From Desulfovermiculus sp. (GTDB taxonomy: Bacteria > Desulfobacterota > Desulfovibrionia > Desulfovibrionales > Desulfothermaceae): a DNA stretch of 64,000 nucleotides. Both the position numbers and the translations under genes were made by a program. Every line of letters begins with the position of its first letter. Within the stretch, counting starts at the first letter, position 1. Location of the stretch: NCBI GenBank assembly GCA_034521385.1, contig JAXHMO010000022.1, forward strand, positions 61,112 to 125,111, read 5' to 3'. Under the pieces are notes generated by a model. It was not told the DNA's origin. It saw only the letters and a program-made list of their open reading frames with translations, and made no database searches. Below, piece after piece: positions 9,135 to 17,758 of this stretch.

Positions 9135-9510
9135 GTCAGCGCCGCCTCTGGCCGAAGACGCCCCGTTTGATCCCAGGATGAAACTTGTAATTTAGCAAGT
9201 TTTTTAGAGGTGTCAGTCCCGCCTATGGCGGGATCAGATTTCAGCTTTGCCTCCGGTAAATCTGAAACCTGGTATGAAACTACGGTTAAAAACAAAGAGG
9301 GCCGGCCCTTGAGGGCAAGGGCGGCCTGGTGGTGTTCCGTAGGCCCAAAGCCCTGACTCCTCTTTCCTCTTCGTTCCCAGGGTCCTCCCTGGGGACGCTC
9401 TTTTCTTATGGCTCCGGCCATCTTCTTGTTATTTAATAAGGAAAATCAGATTGTTATACTGAACACTGAAACCTGAACACTGAACACATTTCCCTGTCAT
9501 CCATATCAGC
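9135..9510 (+). repeat. Composite mosaic repeat block (A'-D, A, B, GC-rich unit, K, F heptamers, H-like)
   Basis: A hairpin at 9217-9233, B at 9241-9265, K at 9366-9428 (about 90% identical to 15645-15708), and heptamers TGAACAC/TGAAACC at 9459-9487. Confidence 0.8.
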
Positions 9511-9524
9511 TAGGAGAATAATCA

Positions 9525-9554
9525 GGCCGGGCTGGCTACAGCCCGGCCTTTTTT
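9525..9554 (+). terminator. Intrinsic terminator for hflKC, embedded in the 3' coding end of the convergent oxidoreductase gene
   Basis: GGCCGGGCT-ggctac-AGCCCGGCC followed by TTTTTT. Confidence 0.7.
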
Positions 9555-10546
9555 GCGGCCAGTTCCTGGCGTCTTTGCATCTCACTGAGGATGGTTTCAG
9601 CTGTCTGCAAGGCCCGCAGTCCGTCCCGACCATCCACCACCGGCTGGGTCTTGCCGGTTATGCTATGGGCAAAGCTTTTGAGTTCCTGTTCCAGGGCATT
9701 TGTAGGGTCAGACTTGGGGGTATGCAGGTAAATGGATTGGGCCTGCTCCTGGACACCGATATGTCCGATACAGATTGAGACCTGGTCCGGGGGGATAGGG
9801 GCCTGGTCCAGGTGCAGGATCTCCGTTTTCTGGTCCAGAAAATCAATGGCCAGGTAGGCCTTTTTTTGAAACAGGCGCATCTTGCGCATGTCCTTGGCCG
9901 ATATCCGGCTGGCGGTCAAATTGGCCACGGCTCCGTTGGCGAATTCCAGGCGGGCATTGGCTATGTCTTCGTTTCCGGAAACCACCCCCACCCCGCAGGC
10001 CTGAATGGAGCTTAGGGGAGAAGAGATAAGGGAGAGGACGATGTCGATGTCGTGGATCATCAGATCCAGGACCACGCTGACGTCCAGGCCCCGAGGATTG
10101 AATTGACTCAAGCGGTGGGACTCGATGAACAGCGGCTCCAGGGGATAACCGGCCAGGGCCTGAAAGGCTGGATTAAAGCGCTCGATATGTCCGACTTGCA
10201 AGATGAGTCCGGCCTGATCGGTTCGGGCTATGAGATCTGCGGCCTGTTCGGAATGGGCTGTGAGGGGTTTTTCCACAAAAAGGTGGCAGTTGTGCTCCAC
10301 AGCCTGCACAGCCACCTGGTAGTGCGTGTCTGTGGGCACCACGATGGCCACAGCCTGGGTCTGATCTAAGAGCTGAGGCAAGGAGGAAAAGGCTTGGCAG
10401 TTGCAAGCTGCGCCCACCTCCCGAGACCGGCTGTGGTCCAGATCATAGACCCCGACCAAATTCAGTTCTGGCAGGGTGGAAGCCAGTCTGGCATGGATGG
10501 AACCCAAGTGGCCGACCCCAATGACGCCGAATGGAATCCTGGACAT
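9536..10546 (-). CDS. Gfo/Idh/MocA family oxidoreductase
   Basis: N-terminal Rossmann motif FGVIGVGHLGSIH. Adjacent to lpxB. Met at 10546 preferred. Confidence 0.8.
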   Translation of the reverse strand: MSRIPFGVIGVGHLGSIHARLASTLPELNLVGVYDLDHSRSREVGAACNCQAFSSLPQLLDQTQAVAIVVPTDTHYQVAVQAVEHNCHLFVEKPLTAHSEQAADLIARTDQAGLILQVGHIERFNPAFQALAGYPLEPLFIESHRLSQFNPRGLDVSVVLDLMIHDIDIVLSLISSPLSSIQACGVGVVSGNEDIANARLEFANGAVANLTASRISAKDMRKMRLFQKKAYLAIDFLDQKTEILHLDQAPIPPDQVSICIGHIGVQEQAQSIYLHTPKSDPTNALEQELKSFAHSITGKTQPVVDGRDGLRALQTAETILSEMQRRQELAAKKAGL

Positions 10547-10612
10547 AATTGAGCCTTTTGGTCTGTATTTTGCTGAGTTACTATTTATGCCATGCAACCA
10601 TCATGAAAGATA

Positions 10613-11806
10613 CTACCAATTTTGCAATTGGATCATAATTCCCGAATCAGCCACGAGGGACGAACGTAAGGACATGGCATTCGAACCCTGGGCCGCATCC
10701 AGGATAAGCCTGGCTGCCGTGCTTGAAGCTGGATGGGCCCCGAGTTGGGCCCTGATGGTCCGCAGGGCGTTTTGAATTTCTTTTCGCTTGTGCGGAGACT
10801 CCAACCAGTCCAATGCCTGGGCAGCCAGGATACCTCCCCGGACCCGATTTTGCATATATTCCGGAAAGACGCCCTGGTTCAAGATAAGATTGGGCATGCT
10901 GATGTACGGGACATCAACCACCTGGCGGGCCACGGCATAACTGAGCCAGGACAGGCGATAGGCGACCAGGGTGGGCCGGCCCAAAATTGCACATTCCAAA
11001 GTGGCGGTTCCGGAAGCGCTAAGGACCAGACTGCAGGCTTTGATTTCTAAATAGCGGTGGGCGAAGGGGGCTATTCGTACCGGGAGGTCCTGGGGCCAAA
11101 AGGACAACAGCTCTTCCCGGCTCAGGCCGTGGGCTTGGAAAAGGACGAAATGGGTTGTGGGTCGATGACGATTAATAATCCTGGCCGCCTGGGCAAAGCG
11201 GGGAAGGAGGGCGGAAATCTCTTTTCGTCTGCTGCCCGGCAAAAGACCGATCCGGTCTGGAACTTCCTTGATTCGGTCCAGGGAGGTCAGGTCCATATGT
11301 TCAAGCAAAGGGTGGCCGACAAAGGCCACCTCCAGGCCGTGCCGGGAAAAAAAGTCCTGCTCAAAGGGGAAGATGCACAGCAGGCGGTGGACATAGCGGC
11401 GTAAGAAGCGAACCCGGTACCTGCGCCAGGCCCAGACCTGAGGGCTGATGTAATAGATGACCGGAATACCCATTCTATAGGCCATCTTGGCTATCCGGAA
11501 GTGGAAGTCCGGGGCATCAATCAAAACCAGGCAACAGGGCCGATGCAGGCGTAAAGCCTGTTTGATCCGGGTATACAAAGACCAGATGCGGGGCAGGGCG
11601 GAGGCAACCTCGGTCAGCCCCATCACGGACAGATCCTCGGCCTGGAACAGGGCCCGGAAATTGGTCTCCCGCATCCCTGCACCTCCCATGCCCAACAATG
11701 GCACATTGGGGGCCAGTCGGTTCAAGGCCTGAACCAGACTGGCCCCGTGCACATCAGCCGAGGTCTCGGCCGCGCTGATCCAGATCGGAGGCACAGAGGA
11801 AGTCAA
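10613..11806 (-). CDS. lpxB: Lipid-A-disaccharide synthase
   Basis: ISAAETSADVHGASLVQAL N-terminus, consistent with the GT19 family over its full length. Confidence 0.9.
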   Translation of the reverse strand: MTSSVPPIWISAAETSADVHGASLVQALNRLAPNVPLLGMGGAGMRETNFRALFQAEDLSVMGLTEVASALPRIWSLYTRIKQALRLHRPCCLVLIDAPDFHFRIAKMAYRMGIPVIYYISPQVWAWRRYRVRFLRRYVHRLLCIFPFEQDFFSRHGLEVAFVGHPLLEHMDLTSLDRIKEVPDRIGLLPGSRRKEISALLPRFAQAARIINRHRPTTHFVLFQAHGLSREELLSFWPQDLPVRIAPFAHRYLEIKACSLVLSASGTATLECAILGRPTLVAYRLSWLSYAVARQVVDVPYISMPNLILNQGVFPEYMQNRVRGGILAAQALDWLESPHKRKEIQNALRTIRAQLGAHPASSTAARLILDAAQGSNAMSLRSSLVADSGIMIQLQNW

Positions 11807-11879
11807 GGTGTTTTGTCCAGGGACTCACGGTAAATGTATTCTCCGAAAATTTGTAGCCCAGAACAAAAGTACTGCGGGG

Positions 11880-14114
11880 TTATGAATCCCTATTTTTAGG
11901 ACCAGAGGAACGAGGTCCCCGGGAATTTTGGTTCCGCGGTCCGCCGCCCGGCTTCTTGCCTCCCCCTCCGGGGCCTCTCCCGCTGGGCATGGTGAATGGC
12001 TTGCCCTGTTCTTCCAGGAGCACGGCCTTCCGGCTCAAGCGGATCTTGCCCGTATTTTCTTCGATCTCAATGACCTTGACCTTAAGTTCATCCCCCAGCT
12101 TGAGGTAGTCATGGATGTTTTCCACCCGGTCGGTATCGATCTGGGAGATGTGGACCATTCCTTCCACTCCGGGCAGGATCTCCACAAAAGCGCCAAAATC
12201 TTTGATGCTTTTGACCTTCCCGGCATAAGTCTTGCCCAGCTCCGCCTTTTGGTCATAGAACATGACCATGTCGATGGTCTCCTGCAAGGTGGCCTGATCC
12301 GGAGCAAAGATTGAAATTTTACCGCTGTCTTCGATATCGATGGAGGCACCGGTGGCCTTGGTAATGGCCCGGATGTTCTTGCCCCCGGGGCCAATGACGT
12401 CTTTGATCCGGTCCGGATGGACCTCCACCACTTTAAGCTGCGGGGCGTGCTCAGACAGATCGGTGCGGGGCCTATCCAGGATATGGTCCATATTCTCCAG
12501 GATGTGCACTCTGGCCTCCCGGGCCTGATACAGGGCCTTTTTCAGGATTTCCGAAGTGATTCCAGAGGTTTTGATGTCCATCTGGATGGCGGTAATGCCA
12601 TCCTGGCTCCCGGCCACCTTGAAGTCCATATCCCCCAGGTGGTCTTCATCGCCCAGGATGTCGGTCAGGATATAGAAGTCATCGCCATCCTGGATAAGGC
12701 CCATGGCGATTCCGGCCACCTGCGAAGTAATGGGCACGCCGGCGTCCATTAAGGACAGACTGCCAGCGCATACAGTGGCCATGGACGACGAGCCGTTGCT
12801 CTCCATGACTTCGGCCACAATGCGCACGGTAAAGGGGAATTCTTCCGCCGGGGGCAGAACCGGGAAAAGGGCTCGTTCGGCCAAGGCCCCGTGTCCTATT
12901 TCCCGTCTGGATGGGCCGCGAGGCATCTTGACTTCCCCAACGCAGTAGGGAGGAAAATTATAGTGGAGCATGAATCGCTTGCTGACTTCCCCGGACAGGG
13001 TCTCCACATGCTGTTCATCCTGGGAGCCGCCGAGGGTGACCGTGCCTAAGACCTGGGTTTCACCCCGGCTGAATATGGACGACCCATGGACTCGAGGAAG
13101 GGTCCCGACTTCGATCCCCAGGTCCCGAACTGTCTTCAGGTCCCGGCCATCGATGCGTGTTCCCTCTTCTTTGATCATCTGCCGGACCAGGTTACCCTCC
13201 AGGTCTTTGAACAGACCGGAAACTTTCATCAATCGCTCAGGCTCTTGGGGAAAACGCTCCTGAACTGCGGTCTTTATTTCATCCTTTAAGGCCTTGATGG
13301 CATCGCTACGTTCAGCCTTGATCGGGATGGCCAAAGCGGCTTGCAGCTTGGCCGCAGCCAAGTCCTGAACCACGGATTCAAGCTCCGGATCCGATTCCGG
13401 GACGGCAACCTCAACCTTGGGGGCTCCAGCTTGCTTACGCAGCTCGTGCTGCATTTTAAGCAAGGGCTGGATCTGGTCATGACCCCAGGCAATGGCTTCG
13501 GCGATGAGTTCCTCGGAGGCAAAATCAGCTCCGCCCTCGACCATGACCACGGCATCATCAGTGGCGGCCAGAATGAGGTTGATCTGGCTGAAGTCCATCT
13601 CGGCCTGGCTGGGATTGAGCACGAATTCATTGTCCACATAGCCGACCCTGGCCCCGGCAATGGGGCCGTTGAAAGGGATCTTGGACAAGTGCATGGCAGC
13701 CGAGGCTCCGGTAATAGCCAGGACATCCGGGTCGTATTTGGGGTCAGCGGACAATACAGTGGCCATGATCTGGACTTCCTGGCGGAAGCCCTCCGGAAAC
13801 AGGGGTCGAATGGGCCGGTCGATGAGCCGGGAGACCAGGGTCTCTCGTTCGCTGGGCCGTCCGATTTCCCGTCGGAAGTAGCTGCCGGGAATATTGCCCG
13901 AGGCATAGGACATTTCCTGGTATTCCACGATCATGGGCATAAAGTCCAATTCCCGGTCAGAAGGCTGGGTCACGGCGGTGACTAAAACCACTGTATCGCC
14001 GCATTGCACCCAGACGTTCCCGTGGGCCTGATTGGCCAGCCTTCCAGTCTCGATGACAAAGGGTTCGTTATTGATCTGAGTGGTCAGACGTGTCGGTTGA
14101 AAGGGATTTTTCAT
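11880..14114 (-). CDS. pnp: Polyribonucleotide nucleotidyltransferase (PNPase), with a Gly/Arg-rich C-terminal tail
   Basis: Two RNase PH domains, KH and S1. AAGGAG lies upstream of the ATG at 14114. The tail is GRGPGGGGKKPGGGPRNQNSRGPRSSGPKNRDS. Confidence 0.95.
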   Translation of the reverse strand: MKNPFQPTRLTTQINNEPFVIETGRLANQAHGNVWVQCGDTVVLVTAVTQPSDRELDFMPMIVEYQEMSYASGNIPGSYFRREIGRPSERETLVSRLIDRPIRPLFPEGFRQEVQIMATVLSADPKYDPDVLAITGASAAMHLSKIPFNGPIAGARVGYVDNEFVLNPSQAEMDFSQINLILAATDDAVVMVEGGADFASEELIAEAIAWGHDQIQPLLKMQHELRKQAGAPKVEVAVPESDPELESVVQDLAAAKLQAALAIPIKAERSDAIKALKDEIKTAVQERFPQEPERLMKVSGLFKDLEGNLVRQMIKEEGTRIDGRDLKTVRDLGIEVGTLPRVHGSSIFSRGETQVLGTVTLGGSQDEQHVETLSGEVSKRFMLHYNFPPYCVGEVKMPRGPSRREIGHGALAERALFPVLPPAEEFPFTVRIVAEVMESNGSSSMATVCAGSLSLMDAGVPITSQVAGIAMGLIQDGDDFYILTDILGDEDHLGDMDFKVAGSQDGITAIQMDIKTSGITSEILKKALYQAREARVHILENMDHILDRPRTDLSEHAPQLKVVEVHPDRIKDVIGPGGKNIRAITKATGASIDIEDSGKISIFAPDQATLQETIDMVMFYDQKAELGKTYAGKVKSIKDFGAFVEILPGVEGMVHISQIDTDRVENIHDYLKLGDELKVKVIEIEENTGKIRLSRKAVLLEEQGKPFTMPSGRGPGGGGKKPGGGPRNQNSRGPRSSGPKNRDS

Positions 14115-14144
14115 GTGTGTGTCTCTACTCCTTGCCCTTTGCAT

Positions 14145-14414
14145 TTATTTGCGCAGATTCAGTCTGCCGATGAGGTCCCGGTAACGAGTGACATCTTTGT
14201 TCCGCAGGTAGTTGAGCAGCTTACGCCGTTGGCCTACCAGCTTGAGCAGCCCGTTGCGGGAGTGAAAGTCGTGCTTGTGCTCTTTAAAGTGCTCGGTCAG
14301 GTAACTGATCCGTTTGGTCAGCAGGGCTATTTGGACCTCCGGGGACCCGGTGTCGTTTTCGTGCTGCTTGAACTCTTCAATAATGTTTTTTTTGTCCTCA
14401 ACAGTCAGGGCCAC
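14145..14414 (-). CDS. rpsO: 30S ribosomal protein S15
   Basis: (V)[32 protein letters not shown]... A GTG start at 14414 is preceded by AAGGAGGA and gives 89 aa. Confidence 0.93.
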   Translation of the reverse strand: MALTVEDKKNIIEEFKQHENDTGSPEVQIALLTKRISYLTEHFKEHKHDFHSRNGLLKLVGQRRKLLNYLRNKDVTRYRDLIGRLNLRK

Positions 14415-14469
14415 AGCGTCCTCCTTTGGCGATTTTAATGTTTGGTTCATGGAATTGATGTCGGCTGCC

Positions 14470-15396
14470 TCAACGATTGCCCCACAGACCCCGCAGGACA
14501 GCCCAGTGCAGACCAGATGCGTGCATCCGGGCCTCGGCCAGGGCCAAGGCTTGGCCAGTGGGATCCAGAAGCAGGGCCTGTTGGCCGGGCCTGGAAGGCT
14601 TCCATTCCGAAACCTGATTGGCCGTCACCCAGGTCCCGTTGCGGATCTTTTCGGCCTGAACAGGGCTTAAATGCAATCTGGACCACTGCGGCAGGCAGTC
14701 TTCCAGGGCGATGATCCTCTCCGGCAAGCGTTCCGGATGGGTCAGGACCTGATCCAGAGTATAGGCCTGGTCCAGGGTGAAGGGTTCGCACTCTTCCCGG
14801 ATCAGGCTGGTGAGTACAGCCCCGCACCCCAATCGCATCCCCAGGCTGTGGGCCAGGGAGCGGACATAGGTGCCGGCTGAACACTGGAGGCGAAAACCGA
14901 CTCCAGGCAAGTCTACGTGTAAGACCTTGACTTGGTCAATAGAAACCGGCTTGGTTTTTATGGGTACCTCTTTTCCGGCCCGGGCTAAGGCATACATGGC
15001 CTTGCCCTTGTGTTTGGCCGCCGAGTAGGGGGGAACGATCTGCTCGTGCAGCTGCTGCCAGCCCAAAACCTCCTGGGCTACCAACTCTGGAGAGAGGTGC
15101 TCCCAGGGAGACGTGCCGGTCAGGGTCCCTTGGATATCGTAGGTGTCTGTCTCTTTTCCCAGCTCCAGGGTCCCTTGGTAGGTTTTCCGTCCTTCGCTCA
15201 GATAAGGAGCCAACTTGGTCCCTTGGCCCAGCAGAATGACCAACACTCCGGTGGCCATGGGGTCCAAGGTTCCGGCGTGGCCGATCTTGGACTGGCCAAC
15301 CTGCCTCTTGATCTTTTGCACACAAGCGGATGAGGTCGGCCCCTGGGGCTTGTCCAGGATCAGAGCGCCGTGTTGCTGGGATGGTGTTTGGGGCAT
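14470..15396 (-). CDS. truB: tRNA pseudouridine(55) synthase
   Basis: [14 protein letters not shown]...[14 protein letters not shown]. Met at 15396 is preferred because the 15 upstream codons are encoded by repeat modules. Confidence 0.9.
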   Translation of the reverse strand: MPQTPSQQHGALILDKPQGPTSSACVQKIKRQVGQSKIGHAGTLDPMATGVLVILLGQGTKLAPYLSEGRKTYQGTLELGKETDTYDIQGTLTGTSPWEHLSPELVAQEVLGWQQLHEQIVPPYSAAKHKGKAMYALARAGKEVPIKTKPVSIDQVKVLHVDLPGVGFRLQCSAGTYVRSLAHSLGMRLGCGAVLTSLIREECEPFTLDQAYTLDQVLTHPERLPERIIALEDCLPQWSRLHLSPVQAEKIRNGTWVTANQVSEWKPSRPGQQALLLDPTGQALALAEARMHASGLHWAVLRGLWGNR

Positions 15397-15411
15397 AGGT
15401 GCAGTTAATAA

Positions 15412-15804
15412 GTGTTCAGTGTTCAGCTTTGCCTCCGGCAAATCTGAAATATTTTTTTTTTCGCCAAAGCTCGCAAAAAAAAAACGGATTGCCAGATTAA
15501 TCGTGAATGAAACTTGCGATTTGTCCCTCCGTCATTGCCCGGCCCGGCACTCACTTGTCTATGCAGGAGGTGGAGAAATATGACCATAAACACTGCAAGT
15601 GAGTGCCGGACAATCTAAGGGAAAGCTATTCTTACTGCTCTGGGCTTCTTCGTTCCCAGGGTCCTCCCTGGGAACGTCTTTCTCTTGTGGCTCCGGCCAT
15701 CTTCTTCTTTCTTCTCAGCTCCCGGCATCAGCCAGATTCCTAAGAGGGTGGCTGGAGCCACAAGAGGGGACGTTACGAGGGAGGACCCTCGTAACGACGG
15801 CAAA
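15412..15804 (+). repeat. Composite mosaic repeat block F-B-C-D-E-K plus an 11-bp perfect hairpin
   Basis: B at 15423-15447, T10/A10 C-module at 15451-15485, and E arms at 15544-15557 and 15596-15609. K is at 15645-15708. The hairpin CGTTACGAGGG-agga-CCCTCGTAACG is at 15770-15796. Confidence 0.85.
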
Positions 15805-16150
15805 GCCTGCCCTTCGGAGAAGGGCGGCCTACGCAGGAACCACGGCTTGTGGTTCTTTGTAGGGCGGACCTCTCCGAGGGCCTGCCTGTTCGAAGAAGCC
15901 TGCCCTTCGGAGAAGGGCGGCCTACGCAGGAACCACGGCTTGTGGTTCTTTGTAGGGCGGACCTCTCCGAGGGCCTGCCTCTTCGAAGAAGCCTGCCCTT
16001 CGGAGAAGGGCGGCCTACGCAGAAACCACGGCCTGTGTTCCTTTGTAGGGCGGACCTCTCCGAGGGCCTGCCTCTTCGAAGAAGCCTGCCCTTCGGAGAA
16101 GGGCGGCCTACGGGGCCAAGGCTCTTCCGTAGGGCGGGCCCTGCCTCTTT
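15805..16150 (+). repeat. Tandem repeat, 93-bp unit x about 3.4
   Basis: Unit starts at 15805, 15898, 15991 and 16084 (partial). Units 1 and 2 differ at 1 nt. Each unit contains hairpins GCCCTTC-gga-GAAGGGC and CCTAC..GAACCAC-ggctt-GTGGTTC..GTAGG. Confidence 0.9.
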
Positions 16151-16165
16151 GCTGAACACTCTCTT

Positions 16166-17122
16166 CTAGCTTACATAGGCACTGATGGCCTTCAGTATCC
16201 GTTCCTCCGCTTTTTCTATGCCGGAGTTGATCAATCCCCCGGCTGCATTGGGGTGTCCGCCGCCTCCCAAATCTGCGGCAATGGCCTGGACATTGACCTC
16301 CCCCCAAGTGCGCAGGCTGAACTTTATTCCCTGATCAACTTCCCGCAGGCTGACCGCGACCACAACTCCCCGCAAGGTTCGGACATGATCGATCAAGCTG
16401 TCGCAATCTTCCTGGGAGGCACCGGTCTGTTCCAGCATCTTTCGGGTGGCCCGGATGATACCGATTTTCCCCCCGGCCCGCAGGCAGACGTCCTGCATGG
16501 CCCAACCGTGCAGGTGCAGCTTGGCCAAACGCCCTTGGCGTTTGGACTTGGCTTGAAATTCGTTCAGATCCAGGCCCAGGCTGAGGATTTCTGAGACGAT
16601 ATCCAGGGTCTGGGGGGTGGTATTGCTATAGCTTAATGATCCGGTGTCGGCCATGATGGCTAGATACAAAGCCTCTCCCAGGGCTCCATGCAGGGGAAAT
16701 TCCAGTCTGCGGGCGGCCAGGGCGATCATCTCTCCAACTGACGAAAGGGCTGGATCCACCCAATTCAGACCTCCAAAAAGGGTGTTCCCAGTATGGTGAT
16801 CGATATTCACCACCTCCCGGTTCCGGAGTTGTGCAGCCAATTCCTTGCCTACCCGGTCCAGATCCGCGCAGTCTAAGATCACGACACATGCCTGATCGTC
16901 TGCAGAAAGGCATGAAATTACCGGCCAGGGAGGGACGATCCAGGAAAATCTGTCCGGCATGCCGTCCGGCAAGAGGATGTGTCCCTGTTTGCCCCAGGCA
17001 GCCAGAGTATGAGCCAATCCGCACACTGATCCGATGGCGTCACCATCCGGATGAGTGTGAGCCAGCAAGAGAAAGGAGTCCGCCCCTTGCCAGCGCTCAA
17101 GTATCGCTAAGAGGCGGTCCAT
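16166..17122 (-). CDS. DHH/DHHA1 phosphoesterase (NrnA-like oligoribonuclease/pAp phosphatase)
   Basis: HTHPDGDAIGS, DHH motif (NIDHH) and GGGHPNAAG. Conserved position between rbfA and truB. Confidence 0.85.
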   Translation of the reverse strand: MDRLLAILERWQGADSFLLLAHTHPDGDAIGSVCGLAHTLAAWGKQGHILLPDGMPDRFSWIVPPWPVISCLSADDQACVVILDCADLDRVGKELAAQLRNREVVNIDHHTGNTLFGGLNWVDPALSSVGEMIALAARRLEFPLHGALGEALYLAIMADTGSLSYSNTTPQTLDIVSEILSLGLDLNEFQAKSKRQGRLAKLHLHGWAMQDVCLRAGGKIGIIRATRKMLEQTGASQEDCDSLIDHVRTLRGVVVAVSLREVDQGIKFSLRTWGEVNVQAIAADLGGGGHPNAAGGLINSGIEKAEERILKAISAYVS

Positions 17123-17438
17123 GAATGGTCTCTTCTAAAAAGCTGTCCCAAACAAAGCGCAGCTCAGGTACATGGCGTAGCTTAATGCGCTTGCCCAGCA
17201 TACTGCGCATATAACCCCGAGCAGCGTCCAGTCCTTGCTCCACTTGGTCTTGATCGGAGCTGTCCCGGCTGTGGGTGTACAGGACCTCGGCTACGGTCAG
17301 ATCGGTATTTAAACGCAGACCGCTGATAGTGACCAGTTCCAGTCGCGGATCCTGGATATTCTCTACCAAAATGCGGCCCAGTTCGTGCATAATCATTTCT
17401 TCCAGCCGGATGGCCCGGCGGGAGTGAGCCTTGCGCAT
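17097..17438 (-). CDS. rbfA: Ribosome-binding factor A
   Basis: MRKAHSRRAIRLEEMIMHELGRIL... is RbfA family. ATG at 17438. Confidence 0.9.
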   Translation of the reverse strand: MRKAHSRRAIRLEEMIMHELGRILVENIQDPRLELVTISGLRLNTDLTVAEVLYTHSRDSSDQDQVEQGLDAARGYMRSMLGKRIKLRHVPELRFVWDSFLEETIHGPPLSDT

Positions 17439-17443
17439 ATGTA

Positions 17444-17731
17444 TCACCCCATAAAGATCTCAGTACTGAAATGGACAATCTCTTCCGAGGTGGCCGCTTC
17501 CAGCATGGCGTAAGCCTTGTGCAGTTGGGAATCCACACGTTTGGCCTCATTGGCCACCGTGACCACGGCCAGGATGAGCACTTCAGTATTGTCCTGGCCG
17601 TCTACCTCGGCCACGGATACGTTGAACTTATTGCGTAACTTGCGCTTTAAGCTGGCGGCAATACTCCGTTTGGCTTTGATGGAGGTCAATCCGTGCAGCC
17701 GAAATTCCACGGTCAGGGTGCCGATATGCAT
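17444..17731 (-). CDS. DUF503 (YlxP-like) protein
   Basis: MHIGTLTVEFRLHGLTSIKAKRS... Lies in the conserved infB-rbfA neighbourhood. Confidence 0.8.
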   Translation of the reverse strand: MHIGTLTVEFRLHGLTSIKAKRSIAASLKRKLRNKFNVSVAEVDGQDNTEVLILAVVTVANEAKRVDSQLHKAYAMLEAATSEEIVHFSTEIFMG

Positions 17732-17758
17732 AAGAACCTGAGATGGCGATTTTGCCTG

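Noticed and set aside
15397-15441. N-terminal extension of truB (MPEAKLNTEHLLTAP)
   Set aside because: These codons are encoded by the F and B repeat modules. The conserved TruB N-terminus begins after the Met at 15396.
15580-15618. 12-codon mini-ORF (MTINTASECRTI) with a strong AGGAGG inside the spacer of the E-module inverted repeat
   Set aside because: The equivalent spacer in the 29517-29557 copy has unrelated sequence, no SD and a different 6-codon ORF. It is not conserved, so it is probably fortuitous.
15805-16150. Possible CRISPR array (regularly spaced repeats with palindromic cores)
   Set aside because: The whole 93-bp unit repeats head to tail, with no unique spacers between repeats. 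No cas genes or leader are present in the window.
15615-16307. 230-aa minus-strand ORF with three 31-residue tandem repeats (RRPPFSEGQASSKRQALGEVRPTK..), and similar ORFs at 15685-16155, 15773-16159 and 15849-16169
   Set aside because: The same DNA is open in at least four frames. The ORF starts inside the DHH gene in another frame, has no SD, and is built of hairpins. This is an artefact of a GC-rich, stop-poor repeat.
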